Source of the DNA: Nymphaea colorata
Taxonomy: Eukaryota
Assembly (NCBI RefSeq): GCF_008831285.2
Contig: NC_045138.2
Span: forward strand, 26,040,001-26,104,000
Direction of reading: 5' to 3'
Length of the DNA: 64,000 nucleotides
In this document: piece by piece, positions 37,079-61,978 of the stretch
Layout: each line of letters starts with the position of its first letter
How positions within the stretch are numbered: position 1 is the first letter of the stretch
Program-made: the position numbers and the translations under genes
Notes under the pieces: model-generated
Databases searched by the model: none
What the model was told of the DNA's origin: nothing
Seen by the model: only the letters and a program-made list of their open reading frames with translations

Positions 37079-39136
37079 TGCTCTACTGCCTTACGAAGTG
37101 GGAATCTGACAACGATGACACCATTGTGGACAACTACCTGTAGTATGTGGTTAGTTTCAGGTTCAATGGAAGAAATGGAGGACCTACGAACATTTCAATA
37201 ACTAGTAGATTGAAATCTTACTACGAGAGTAGCACCACGAGATAATTTAACATTCGAACTGATGGGCACACACACTCCCTCTCTCTGTTTCTGAAAATCT
37301 GTTTGCTTCTGAGCATTTAAAGCTTACGGTCACGAGTAACTCAAAAGACAACAGGTTACTTCTGCGGTTTTGTATCCAAGTCCATGATACATACAAGAAC
37401 TCGGACAGTACCATGCCTGGTCGTCTTCTTTTGCCTTCGCCACTGAAAGACAAAAGCTAGAGACGAAGAGAGAAAGAGAGAGAGATTTTAAGAAGCCCGT
37501 AGGTAAGAACAAAAAAAAATGGTAATCTAAAATGGGATGCGAGATGAGAATATGAAACCAACGGAGGAGAGGCCATGATCCATCACGTGAAATTGCATCA
37601 GTGGATGTTAAAACGCTCTGAACAGCACATTTGGCCTGCATTTTCAGTCCCCATCTCCACTAGTTGGTAAGAAGGGGAAGAGGTTCGATCAGAGGTTCAC
37701 GAGATCGAGACGACCGCAGCCCCATAAATAACGCATTTATTCAGGGGGTAAAAAGGAAGGGACGTTGACTGGTTGTTGGTTTATTTTGACGAGATCTTTA
37801 CGGAAGGAAGCTTAGATTCTCAATTCTTTCCGAGTGGTGGTGTTAAACTTGGCTTTTAAGCCGGACCCTTATAGAAGAAAAAATTTGAATGACGGGCCTC
37901 ATCAAATCTAGATTCTGAATTTTTATAAGTGTGAACAAATAAAACAATAAGACTACAACCAATGGATTGCAAGATACGAATTTAAACAAGAACTCTTCCG
38001 GTCTGTTTAGTTAAATTCTTCCGGTTATTCAAACTTCCAAGTTCCGACCACTTTCAGTGTTCCTTCTCAGTAATCCCAACTCTTATTCAGAAGCACCAAT
38101 TAGCAGATCATCTTTAATTGGTAATAAGTTTCTTCTATCTGGTAACAAGTATATCAAATGCCCATCCATTTTTCCTCCATGAGTTAATTCCAAGAAAACC
38201 CAACACTGAAAACCTGTAGGGAGCTGCAGAAAAGCCCTCGAGACATACATACTTGCCATGGCATTGGCTTGCATCAGGTGTGACACCCATTAGACTGCAC
38301 ATTAATGGCTGTCCGCATCACCTTGACACAGTCAAGGCCCATCCCATTATGCATGTCAACCTCTTTGGGCCTGCTCAACGTCCATTTTTGCAGTAAAGAA
38401 CAACACCATTACTGTTTCAGAACTTTTGCACGAGACGGGCGTCAAAAGCATGGAGTGAAAATTTGAAAAGTTAGGTTGGTGGTAGTGATTTTGGAGTAGG
38501 AAGCCCTGCATCTTGATGTTGGCGAGGACCGTGGGCGACACGTATGAGACAAGTACAGAATTAGGCAACTCCATCATGTAAAGATTAGATAGAAAGCCTT
38601 AACGTATTGCGATTCACATGCCACGCAAACCCGGTGAACGTAGAGTGGGCCTACCAGCACTATCGCATGTTTTAAGCATGAGATGTGCACAGTGGTTAAC
38701 CTCCCTGTGACTTTGTCGATATAAATTTCCAGTCTCCAGAAATTTTTCTTGAAGGTTTCCTATCCTTTTAAAGATTTCTCAACATGATTTTAAATAAGAA
38801 ACACCAAACAGAGTAGGTGAAAAAGAAAAAAAAAAGTGAAAATAATCAGTCGAATTATTTGAACAATATATATATATATATATAAGAAAATAAAAGACAG
38901 CTGACTGCCTTTGTGGCAGGATGATTTTCTTTTTATTTTATATCAATAAAAATTGTTACAAAAGGTGCATCCTGTCACTAAAAACAGTGCCCACGCAAGT
39001 GTTATTAAACAGGTTACCAGACTCTTTATATATCAAACTTTGATAGAAATTATTTATGCTGTCGATTCGAAGAAGATTAGACAACGGAAGATTAATTTGC
39101 ACATACAGACGCTATGTTGTTCTTTTACAAAATGTT

Positions 39137-39296
39137 AAATAACCTCACATGAAGAGATAGAGAGGGAGGGATATATCTAACTATTCTAATAGTTCTGACT
39201 TCTTAGTCTAAAAAAAATTCTAAAATAACCTCATATGAAGAGATAGAGAGGGAGGAATGTATCTAACTATTCTAATATCTCTGACTTCTTAGTCTA
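39137..39296. repeat. 86-bp-period tandem duplication
   Basis: aaataacctca(c/t)atgaagagatagagagggagg...ctgacttcttagtcta starts at 39137 and again at 39223. Confidence 0.9.
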
Positions 39297-40260
39297 TTTC
39301 TTGCACCTACTTTCTTTATTAAGTGTGACTTAATATGAGGAGAGTTGAAGAGATAGAAAAATTGACAAGTCAAATCGCTCGAACTAAATATAAATATATT
39401 TCTAAGACACATGTTTAACTTAAGTATCTGTGATTATGTGACAGCTACATGATTCTCGAAATGCTTTAAAGACTTAAGAAGCATGCAATAATAAGTACTT
39501 CAAAAGTAAAACGTTCAGATAAACATATTACGAACAAAATTGTTCATAGTATTAGAAAGGACTTCTAAGCAACACAAACTCTTCAGTACCCAAAAGAAAA
39601 TGGTTGTATTTTTTATTGTCCAAAAATGGCCTTCGTCCATCTTTAAGTTGGAGGAGAGATAGAAAGAGTTCTGAAACAATTGTCCAAATCTGAATAAAGT
39701 CAGAATTGGAAAACCTGAACATATTACGTCTTCAGATCTTGTATGTACAGTTAGATCCGAACGGAATATCCAGAATTTCTCCGATCTGATTCCGGTGGGA
39801 GACCAAGCAAATTAAATACGAGAAAGCATGGTGATTGTCACTGATAGGGCCATCAATGGCCTGGTGCAGGCAAGGGAAGGACAGCATTTATCAGGAACCT
39901 GTAAAGCTTCCTTTTACAATTGATATTTTTGGATATAGATGACTTCACTATCACAATTAAAGGTGTTAGGCACTGATCTGCCAAACGTCTTTCAGAAGCA
40001 GAGAGCCGGCTTCGCTGAGAATTCGAATTCTGTGACACCTGGAAGCTCTTTGCTGAGATATGGAACAAGACATGAGGAAGAAGATCTAAACCCTGTCCCC
40101 TGGATTGTGATGGGGGGAAGCTCTTACTAAAAAAATCTTACTTAGTTCATGATCGATTTCAATCGAGTTATTTTTAAAGAAAAAATATACCACGCTTGTG
40201 ATTTTTATTTTTTATTTTTTATTTTTAATCTAATGGGATACATGGAACCATGGTTCCGGA

Positions 40261-40454
40261 CAGGAGCGGAGCCAGGGGGACCTGGCAGGAGCCATGGTTC
40301 CCTGAGATTTTTGGGGAAAAAAGCTTGATATAGTTTTCAAAAAAGTCTAGTCTGGCTCTTACAAAATTTTTGAAAAATATAGTTCGACCGCTGTAAAAAT
40401 TTTGAAAAATATAGTTAGATCCCCAACGAGAAAAGTTTATTGGCTCTGCCCCTA
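40261..40454. mobile_element. hAT-type MITE (CAGGGGCGGAGCC-like TIR family)
   Basis: Ends caggagcggagcca and tggctctgccccta; same family as 52301-52496. The TSD is degenerate. Confidence 0.65.
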
Positions 40455-42893
40455 GTCTTAGAAGTTGACTGAATTTTACATTACATACGATTTGCAAGCT
40501 AAAATTTTGTAATTTGAACAGTTTTGTAGTCATCCATGTTACCATTTATTGAAACTTCTTTCTGATTATACATTAAAACTTTAAAGGATGTTTGGTTCAC
40601 TGACAAAGTTAGAAAAAATTATAAAAGTATGCCCAAAGTTTTCGTAAATAACAAATCATTTCTCAACTTCTAAAAGTTCACACATAAGCACTCAACTTTT
40701 GAGGCAGATTCCCAAGGAGTCGCTTACATGTTGATAAAGAATGTTAAGTTTGATATGGAAAGTAATAAAAATACCTCTTTTAAAGATAACAAAAGCACCT
40801 CTTTTAAAGACAAAAAACATTTTTCATCAGCCAAGGGAGAGTGCTTTTTTATGATAAGTATTTTTTTTTTGTCATTTCATATCAAACAGTAATGGTTTAT
40901 GTCATTACTCTTTAGGCAACTAATTCATAAGTTCTCTCAAAAGTTTAGTTTTGTTAATTTTTAAAAGTTAAGCAGCCAGTTGTTTTATTCGTTCAAATGC
41001 TAGGCCTTTTTATAATTTTTTCAAAAACTTGTCAATGCATTACTTTGAGTGGTATCCCATACGGTTCCGTCAAGCTTTGCTCCTTATCCTTACTTTTTAA
41101 TTGTCGTTGCATTAAAGAGGTACATCCTGTGCTTTTTAAGAGGGTCAGACCATTGGGGCCCTCTGTTTCTAATCTTTCTTTTTCCAAGAAAATTGAAAGT
41201 TGTCCAGGATGCCATGTCTTGTATGTGCATAACTAGAGGCTGATCTCTCCCTGAGATTAAAAAAAGATCATCGCAATCAAAACATGCCTTTAAGGTTGAA
41301 ACAAACCATGAGTTAAAGAAAGTTGTGAATCTCTTGGATTAACTCTGCATGGATGGTTGAAGAATTTAAATCTTTAACACAACATAGACTGATGGCTCAA
41401 TTTAATTGCAGCGTCTTTAGAGCAAAATTTAACATTCATGTTCTAAAGTCTTGGTACAGTAGCTATGATCTCAGGATACGACTAAAATTTGGATGCTGCT
41501 CGTGAGGTTAAGATCACGATGACTTGCAAATCTGAGAACCGGGTGGAAAAATCGTCTTTTCTGTAGTACATTTTCTCAGAAGAATAGTTTTGGACATCAT
41601 GAAACGGTCGTAATTGTTTGTCAAATTCTATTCAAAAGGAAGAAATTTAATGGACAAATTGCTTGGGCATCAAGAAGAATGGAAGACGTTGGCAACTTGG
41701 CATGATCTCAAAAACTTGTTTTTGAGACTAATTCCACTTAAACTCTAGTGGGTATCTTTGATTGCATGCTTCGGCCAAATGAATGTTATGGGACATTCAT
41801 TTGACCAAGCTAGACATTGCTTGGAAAGCATGTAGAAGCAATCGAAGCGAAGGCAGACGAGAGGTTTTTCCACTTGCAAGAGTGCACTGTCCTTGGTCAA
41901 ACATAGAACAAATGAACCCAGAAACAATAGATTTTTTTTAAATTGTGGAATGCTGGCAGGCCGTTCTCATGCATATGCATTAATTTGGCAGTCCAAATCT
42001 CGATGAATGCGGAGGCTACTGGTATGATTTCACTTGAACGGAAGTTTGGGCAGAAGGAGTGCTCAGTGTCGAATACCGCGATGGTCAGCTGCTTTAATCA
42101 AGAAATTAATTGGCAATTTAGCTTTCGTAGGGGCTTCTTCTGAAGTGACTCTTCGGCTTGATTTGCTTGGCAAGTTATAAAAATATTTAGAAGAACTACA
42201 TCTACATGTCCTAATGAATTCCCATGGCCTTGTTTTATTAATTAGTTATCTTAATAAAAAAAAAAAAGCACCAGCCTAGGTATAAATTTTGAAAGAGAAT
42301 TTTCCAATAGTACGACAGCTTAGGCTTGAATTTCTTGCTTTTAACAGACTCAGGCCCTTTAATTGCCTATAAAAGAGGCAGTAAAATGAAAAGAATTTCA
42401 AATGAAAGCAGATTCTCTCAACACTACCAAGAGGTGGTGCCTTTTTTATAAAAACTTTCAGTTTTAAATATGCAACGCATCCCTGGTTTTTTATGCATAA
42501 AGTTGTTTTCTGACACATTGTTTACGAGATGCTCCTTTACATCGACTGCCAACATCTCTGACCAAAAATTGCATTGTTATTAAGGATTGCCGCAAGTTTA
42601 GTAAGTTGAAAATTGGAGATAGCCTATCAGTTTCCGGAACAGGATAGCTCAGGCATTCTAGCTCTGATTCTATCCATTTACATGTGGTTTCTAGTGCAGA
42701 ATAAAGATCTAAAAATGACCTGGGTAACTACGTTTCTTTTCCACTTTGAGGCGATATATTTATCAGACAATAAAGGGGCTTTACAATATGTAGAAGCATT
42801 AATGCTAACAATGTCATGGTAACGGTAACATGCTTCATCCTTTGAAAAAATGGATGTGTATGAAAAAAGAAAAAAGAATTGGTTACATGTACA

Positions 42894-53572
<10,679 letters not shown>

Positions 53573-53810
53573 ACTGCAAAACTTTGCCTACATAACAATA
53601 AAAGAACCATTGGAATGGTTAAATGAAGGACTTTCGTGAATGCAAATACTAAACTACAGAATAGCACAGGGCTGCTGAACCAATTTTGTCTGCATCATGT
53701 CCCATATAGAGTAAAGAGGTGCAGAAGAAATTATTTAATTGAATACCATACTACAGTGATAAAAAAAAGGCATGTGCATAACAAGCTACGGAACATCAGA
53801 AAGCCTTTAA

Positions 53811-54036
53811 CGGGGTGTTTGATAACCTTGGAATGAAATTCCACTCATTGGGTATACCCTCAAATCAAACGAGCGAAAATTTTTGGAAAAATCTCACTCA
53901 TGTTATTTGTGAAGGCAAAGAAAAGGGGAAAAGAGCTAACCCTAAGAGGGTCCAACCTTGTTTCTTGAGAAGCACTTCCTGTTGTATGCAAGAGAGAATA
54001 TTTTGTTAAAAAGATTTCTTGCCATCAAACACCACC
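53811..54036. mobile_element. Tourist-like MITE in the CHR4 leader intron
   Basis: Left end TAA|cggggtgtttgata; right end atcaaacaccacc|aaa. Confidence 0.65.
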
Positions 54037-56750
54037 AAAGAAGATAATGGCATGACTAAAATCAACTGAATAGAAGATCCCCAATCACCAGTGATATGGG
54101 CAGTGAAGCCAAGTTGAATAAGCATATGTCAATGACGAACGTCAACCCCATCCTTCAATAAGAGGAAGAGAGAAGAAAAAGACAACACTACCCAAAGATG
54201 TAGCAAATAAACAGGAAGCATATGAATCATCACAATGTGATGGCATACAAGGTAAAAACTTGAGTATGAGAAATTAACAGAAGCAGGAGACTATGGAAAG
54301 AAAGGAGAGTGACAAAGCATTATCTACCTCCAAGCTTTGTAACATTATGAGTTCATAATGTGTGGCTTCAAGCAATTCAGTTTCTTTTTTCAAGAAACTA
54401 ATGATATGGGGACACAGGTACACCTACCTGGCATGCCTAGGTCTGGATCAGGGTCAAATCCAAATCTGATGGATCTGACCCACTTTCACAACCTTTCAAG
54501 CTTCCAGTCTCCAAACCCTAAACTCTCTTAACACCTCTTCTTCCCTCTCCTCCACCAACACCAGCCTCCAATGACTACTAGCTACCTCTGGCAACTGGCA
54601 CCTACATAGGTATGTGATGTTTTTTTTTCCTTTTCCTCTTTTCTTTACTTTTCTTACTTAAAATGTTTGTTAGGACTTCATTCAACCATTTCCAATTTCA
54701 ACAAGTTTTTTTATGAGTTACAAGTCTTATCTTGGATTACTATTGCCTCCTTTTTCTCAAACACATATTTCTTGTGTCAACAAGATTTTAGTTTATTCAT
54801 TATTTCAGTTTGTGTAATATATTATTTCTGATTTCTTTTTCTCCAACATATTGTTTCTAGTTTCAGTTTGTGCAATAGGTTAGTACAATAGTTTTGAATG
54901 AGTTCTTCATTGACATAATATGTAGAATATTTGTGATTTCATCGAGTTTGTGGAATATTTGAGCTGAATCATTCCCTCTAGCAAATCTGCCTGTAGCCAT
55001 ATCCTCTCAACTTTTACATATGCATCTCCGTTCCAGTTCTTATCTGTAGTATTTTATCATCATTTCTTAGTTGCTAAGACATCTTTCCATGGTCTCATGG
55101 ACACGTTCTTCTAATCACAAAAATACTTGGTTAAACCAAGTAGACAATTAGCAACAAACATGGATATAGCATGGAATTGTAACATGAAAATCATGGGTTC
55201 TATCATCTATGCTTTACCCAATGCCAAGTCCATGATTGATGTTGTATCACTTCTTACACTTTTAAATCTTAACAAGCTATACTGGGAGCAGTCAGTTTGC
55301 AATTATGAACAGAGCTATACAAATTGCATCCACATGCATTGTGCATACAGTCTACAAACTTTGCCATTAGAGTGAGGTTGCCATTAATTAATCATGAAAT
55401 TTGAAAAGTATTCTTTAAGAGGGTGACAGAGAGAGCCATTTTCGCATATCTTGCCATCTAAATCTAACTAAGTTTGTAACTAGAAGATGCTAATAGTTCA
55501 CTCATGTTGTTCCCTTACAATTAGTAAAATTGAAGGAAGAAGAGAACAAAAAGTCATTAGAGACTGAAGATTCCAGATGAAAAAGAATGTTTTCCATGTA
55601 GCGAGTGAGACATTCAGCTATGTTGTGCATTTGATCTAAATTGAAGCCTTGAAAATTGAAATCACCAAGCAAACAACACCGATATCTTAATTATCCAGTT
55701 TCAGACTATCTACTCTTCAGAGGAAATAATTTGCTACAAGATTACATAGCCTAACTTATAACTGCACCTTCAACCAGATGGAGAAGAGTATGCAACCAAA
55801 AGTAGATGTATGACATCTATGCAGTACCCACCATATTACAACAGAAACATGCAGGAACTCACTCAACAGCATACCAAGGAAGTCTATAATTCCTCAGTGT
55901 ATCAACCTCATATCCACATGATGTGCTAAGAGCTTAGATGCACTGACCTCATGTCCACACAATGTAGTTTTGCTTTAAGCAACCACACAGTTTTTTTCAT
56001 TTGAAACATACTAAGATGTATTGGCCTCGCATTCAAACAATCTAATGCTATAGAGGACATTGCATTAAGAACACAAACATATAATATGTCATATGGCTGT
56101 ACAGGATTGATAATACACAAAAAATATGATTCCTCAATCCCTAAGAATAAGCCCAACTACCAAGATAACAAGAAGTAAGCAACAAGAAAGTACCTGAATA
56201 CTCCCATCCCACTGAAGGAATCACATTAAGACTGAGCTAACTAAATTAATTAACACCCTCCCTTAGGCTGTCCCAACGCATGCAGGCCAGAAAATTAACT
56301 AATCGCATTACTCGTACGTTCAAGCCCCTAAAGATTTTTCCGGAAGATGGACAAATCATCTCACAATCGAGCACCATATAACTATCCATTCTACACATGC
56401 TACGGACAGAACAAGCAAATTTAAGACAGTACCCAGCAATCAGAAACCAAAAAGCTCTACAAGTTTGCATCGTATAATGAACAGGTTGATGTACATTTCT
56501 GAGCCGAACAAGGTTAACTAAAAGGAAGCACCAAAGTCCTCAAGATAACTGAAAGACCTCATACCACTGAACCCAAACCCTACGGAGAAAAGACACCAAA
56601 CAGGAGTTCGCCAACAAACAAGTGTGCCACATACGATTCGCCCAAGCCAAATAAACAGTGACGGCAAACGAAATAGTAAAAGAAACCAAAAACCCTAACG
56701 CAATAGGGATTCTACCGAGACAATAATTGGGCAAGAAAGAAATTGCTCAC

Positions 56751-57690
56751 CTCATTCGACTCCTTTTGCTCCAGTGAGTAAAACAGAGAGAGAAATAGGG
56801 GAAAGAGAGATCGGAAGGCCAAAAACCAACAACACCAGAGCGCCCCCCAGAGGGGAAGAGGGGTTCAGGGTTGAGGAAAAAGGCAGGAGGTAGGGCAGCA
56901 AAAAGCGCGGAGAAAGGCGGAGAGTATGAGCGAAGGAACGAACGAACGAATGAGTGAAATCGATGAATATAAATAAATATGAGAGAGAGAGAGCACATAC
57001 GATACGAATCCGGCGCATTTGTAGGACTACACACAACCATCGGGGACACTGACATGGCAGGCTGTAGTTGGGGTTGCTTGGGGCAGCAAGCCACTCAAGT
57101 CTCGCCACGTGGCGTCAAGGAGAGGGACCGTGCACCCTCGTGGGGGCGTCGCCTCGGGGAATGAGGAAGAAGAGAAGAAGAGGAGGAAGGGCTTAAATGT
57201 GTGCGTGCCACCACTCTCGCTCCTCCCCATCGCCGGCTTCTCTCTCACTCTACGGACGCGCGCGTCTGTTCTTTCTCGGTAGTTCATCTTGCAGATTTCC
57301 GGTCCATCGGCCGATCGAAGCAGCAGCCACCGCCGCCGCCGCCGCTGCCGCTGTAGGAGGCGGCGGAAGAAGAGGAGATTCCGAAGGACGCGGATGGCGG
57401 AGGGAGGGGAGGGATTGTTGGCAGGAAAGATAGCGATGGCGCTATTGACGATGCGTCGCCATCATCGAGGTGGAGAAGCGGAGGTGTGAAGGCAGACGAC
57501 TTCTTCCACTGCCTCTCTCTCTCTCTCTCTCTCTTCGGTGGTGGAGACTGGAGAGGACTCGCTCGTAATGAACGACTCCTTGTCTGCCGCCAAATTTTCC
57601 CTCCTCTTGCTTCTTCCTGTTTTTTTCTCTCTTTCCTTTTATAACTCCCCGTTCCCGGCCATGGCCTCCCCCTCTCTCTCCCGCGACGGT
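56751..57690 (-). promoter_or_regulatory. Probable CHR4 5'UTR exon(s) and GC/GA-rich promoter
   Basis: GC-rich island with (GA)n and GCC runs. Minus-strand donor gaatgag|gtgagc at 56751; acceptor tttgcag| lies 1 nt before the ATG at 53572. Confidence 0.55.
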
Positions 57691-60600
57691 GCTCGGAGGA
57701 AACGGACGGTCGGTTTCTTTCTTGCTTGTTAAAGTCTCTAAGGCTGCAAATGGATCGGATTCGGGTCATCTTTTTACAGATTTTAAGCCCAAAAAAATAT
57801 TATAACACAGTGCAGCGTGTCTGCCGTAACTTTTCTCTCGTCCTTTTTATATATATATATATATAATCAAAACTAATAAAGGGTCGTTTTCTATTAAAAA
57901 TTCAATGAATCTCTATGTTTTTATTGTGAAAGGACCCCTTAAAAGATGTTACTTTGTAAAAGTTTTACACGAAAATCTTTTGCCTAAATAAACATTAAAC
58001 ATTAAAAAAAAAAGAAAATGGAAAAGATCTCATCTGGTTAGCTTTGTTTTCTTCTTGACCTTTCGCATCATATATCTTGCAGCTTGTCAAGTGAAAAGCG
58101 GCGGATCATTTTTAGTGCCGCTGTTTGTGATAGTGAATTTTTCTTACGCATTTAGGAAAACAGATGAGATAGAAATTATTTTGTGGACTCCGAACCATAG
58201 CATCTTATGGAGATCTTACGCACCAAACCTTCCATCTAGAAGGGAACGCTTTCCTCGATTGCACCTTAAAAAGCGTTTTCAAAAAAGTCTATATGTTGGA
58301 CTAACTTTAGTGTACAAAAAATAGTATACGAATCTCATTGGATATGTATAATATATCATATTTGACATCAAATTGACGTTGAGGCCGACCTATTATATTG
58401 TATTTAAACTAAATAGAAACTTTGATTCAAACTTGATAAAAAAAAAATATTTTTATTGTGATTTTTTAATATTTAATAGAAGATATTTAGCAGCAACCAC
58501 CAAGCTCGATTCAGCTGAAGTGCTAGTAAGTGTGGCGATGATGATATTTGAGATCCATGTTACTGAAATCCTATGTTTGTTTGAATAACATGTCCCGTGA
58601 TTCCAGATCAAACCTCGTATCCATGGAAATGTGCTCTAACAGGAACTGAGGTCGATCAAACCCGGACTTTTTTTTCCCACATTGAGGCGCAATAAGAAAA
58701 TGGGGAGAGGGTGGGCCATGTGGGGGCCTAACAATCTTGGAAGCCCATGAGGCATTTAATGAGGAAAGTACCAGATGCAAACACAGGTGTTCCTGTTGCA
58801 TTAATGCAAACACCTTTCCCTCGTCGAGAAAGATGCTTAGGAGAATGGGTCCACCATTTTTTCCCCCTCCTCTTAAGCTCAGTCTTCTTACCAACCACGT
58901 TTACGACATCAAGTCCCAGAAACAATTTCCCTGCCCAAAATTTCTCTCCGCCAACGGGCTCCGTGTTCGGGGGCTAACACGGGACTTGTGCTGTGCAGTT
59001 TTATGAGATTTTTTATCTTTATAATAAAAAACATTTTTTCAGTCTCAGTTTTCTGTTTTTCATAGTTAAGGGTATTTTGGTCATTTTAAACCTAAAGCAT
59101 ATAACGTGCTTCGGTCATTGCTTTTTGAATTTCGTGGGTAAACTTTTCCTCTCAAACGCCAAGTTTCCTGCCTGGGCTAACGGCTTCATTTACTGCTTCT
59201 TCTTCTATTCCTTTTTTTTTTTTTTTACTTGCTGTTAAAAGTAATTTTCTGTTGCCCAATTGGATTTTGAGTAGAAAATACTTCTTCCCACATGCAATTT
59301 GCTGAAAAAACAGGAACTTGGACTGCCTCACTTTAATATGGCTCATTAATGATGCGAATCTGGTTACTTTTAGTTTTAGAGCAACTCAACAATTAAAGAA
59401 TATGGTCCAAGTGAGAAGACCAACATATGATTTTTTAGAGAGGGGGGGCCGCCTAGGCCATGGCTCCATCTCAGCCAATGAAAAAAATAAATTTTTTTAA
59501 TTGCGTCATGTATTTTTTGAATTTGAATTCAGTTGGTCCTACCCAAATTCAGAGGTTGAACCGTCGGCCTGCTCTTGAAGAAAATCGTGGCTATTTGATT
59601 TTATTTTAGTTATAAAAAAAGAAAAAAAAACAAGCTTGTCCGTTTTATTGCGCGTCAAATTTTTTTTTGGGGGCCTTACTCAGATCAAATCATGCAGTTG
59701 GCCGCTGATCTAAATGATCCATGCCCCAGATTTGCTCAAAGTCTCTACCAGATTAAATCATGTTGTTTTGATCATGTTTTATCGTTAAGATCAAGCATTT
59801 AAGCGTCCCAATCAACAATCGATCGAAGTTGTTTATGTGACATTCAATGCTAGCTTACCCTCTTACGATCTCCATAAGTTTGATGTTTTGCAACAAAAAT
59901 TCAAATATGAGGTTGATTCAGGTCAAAAGCTCACCAAACCAAGTAGCTAGCTAGCTAGATATGACATCATTGTAAGTAGACGGACCAATGACGGAGCCAG
60001 AAATTTAAGTTAGGTAAGCACAAGTGACTGAGGGCCGCAAAGAGTCAGATCTGGTTTGAGGGTCTTGTCATTTTCCATCGATGAAAGCCCAACACGAACC
60101 TGCTTGCGGCTCCGCAGATGACTGACACCTGGTGCAAGTGTCGGATTGGTAGAATAAAGTATTATTTTTAAAAAAAAATCACTTTAATTTCCTAAATTGG
60201 CTGATTTAAACTTAATAAATGGAATAATTATTCAATTATGTGCCCGGTTCAAAGTTACAACGTTTTAATAAGTTTCTTATTTTTAATTATTTTTAAGTTA
60301 TTTTCATTTATTATTTAAGAAACGATTCTTTTAATTGTTCTCAATCGACAGCCTCACTGATTTTGACTAATTGACAGGTATAACACGGGTCCACATAAGT
60401 TTCTAAAGCAACCATAAACCCTGAGGGCAAAACTAAAAGAGGAGAAATTCGAAGCTTCTTCCAAAGAATATACTCACTCGAAATACATTCTTTATTTTTA
60501 AGAAGAATTTACAAAGATGTTTCAATGTGGTGGTATAGCAAGAACATACATATTACTTTGAAAAAAGTTCATTTAATTACCTCTAATTGAAATGGCTAAG

Positions 60601-61506
60601 CATAAAATATTCGAGCACAGCTATGTTCTTGTTATTCGCTTGCAAATTAAGTATGTTTTTGTAAAATATTCATTTTTAAAATGTTTTTATAAGCATTAAC
60701 CCCTTTAATCCATGTAACACTCGCCTGCAACTTCCTATCTTATTTTTAATGCAATTTCATTTATTTATATATATTTCAATAACTCATTGTTTATTATTCA
60801 CAAACTTCATGGGAGAGTTTGATTTTTTTCCCCCTTTTGACACCTTTTTCTCATCATTATTGTCGCCTGTTTGCCCTTTTCTATAATGGAGTATGTATTT
60901 GTCACCTTGTGGTAGTTGACACCGGGACTCAAACAAACTTATTCTTATCTTTAATAATGGATGTTTCATATTGATGATTAAATCTATGTGAAAATCCCTT
61001 AAAATCCATAGCTAAGAAGAATATTCTACAAATTCAATATACGCACTCAAAATGAACTAAGGTTCTTTCTCAAACAGTTATCTAAAAATTACCCTGGTGA
61101 AGTTTTACCATTCCATACACCACTATACCTCGCAAACCAAACAAGAGAAAAATTTAACTTGAGATATATTTTTCAGCGGTGTTATACGTTCAAGAGCTGA
61201 AATTGCAGAAGAAAAAATGGCCAGCCTTGAAGATCCAACTATCTTTCCTAACAATTTTATCCCACGTTCGTCGAGGCATAACTTTAAAGCAGAGCTTAGA
61301 ACTTATTTCCATCCATCAAACACCACCTTATAGAACTTTTTCTTGTTTGAAAAGAAAAAGTTTGGCATCCAAAATTACTTTGATGCAGCTCATCACATTG
61401 TAAAGTTTTTAAAACTAACCATATCATTTTGGACAAGTGTCAGATGGGCAGCAGCCCGTCGGCAGCATCATATGTCACCATCTGCTTCTTTCTCGAACAA
61501 TATAGG

Positions 61507-61730
61507 TAAGGCTGGGTATGGGGCCAGAGGCTTGTCAGGCTTTTGGATTGGGCTCGAGCAGTAAACATGGGCTAGGCTCCGGCTCGAGCGACATTGGGCT
61601 GAGCCTGACTAGACCAGATAAAATTAGACTGGGTTGAACCAGGCCTAGGCCCGATCCGCCTTGACTCAAAAATGGAGCTCAGGCTAGACCCAGGGCTGAC
61701 TTTGAATATCCAACCCAATGCCCAGCCCTC
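61507..61730. mobile_element. hAT-type MITE (TAGGGCTGGGC-like TIR)
   Basis: Ends taaggctgggtatggg and cccaatgcccagccctc. Flanks aatatagg/aatattgg give a 7/8 TSD match. The interior is rich in gggcc/ggccc. Confidence 0.75.
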
Positions 61731-61787
61731 AATATTGGTACTTCATTTGCAAACCTATCATGTTGGATTGATTTGTAGTTGTATAAT

Positions 61788-61978
61788 CAGGGGTGGAGTC
61801 AGAAATTTTTTTTGAGGCAGACCAAATTAAAGTTTTTAAATTTTGACTAGGACTGAAATATGATTTTTCAAAATTTGTACATAAAACAAGTAAATTTTTT
61901 AAAACTTATATTAAATTAAAAAAAAAAGTTGAAATGGGGCCAGGGCCCAAGAAGGCCTTACTTTGGCTCCGCCTCTTG
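61788..61978. mobile_element. hAT-type MITE (CAGGGGCGGAGCC-like TIR family)
   Basis: Ends caggggtggagtcag and tggctccgcctcttg, ~190 bp like the copies at 40261 and 52301. Confidence 0.65.
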
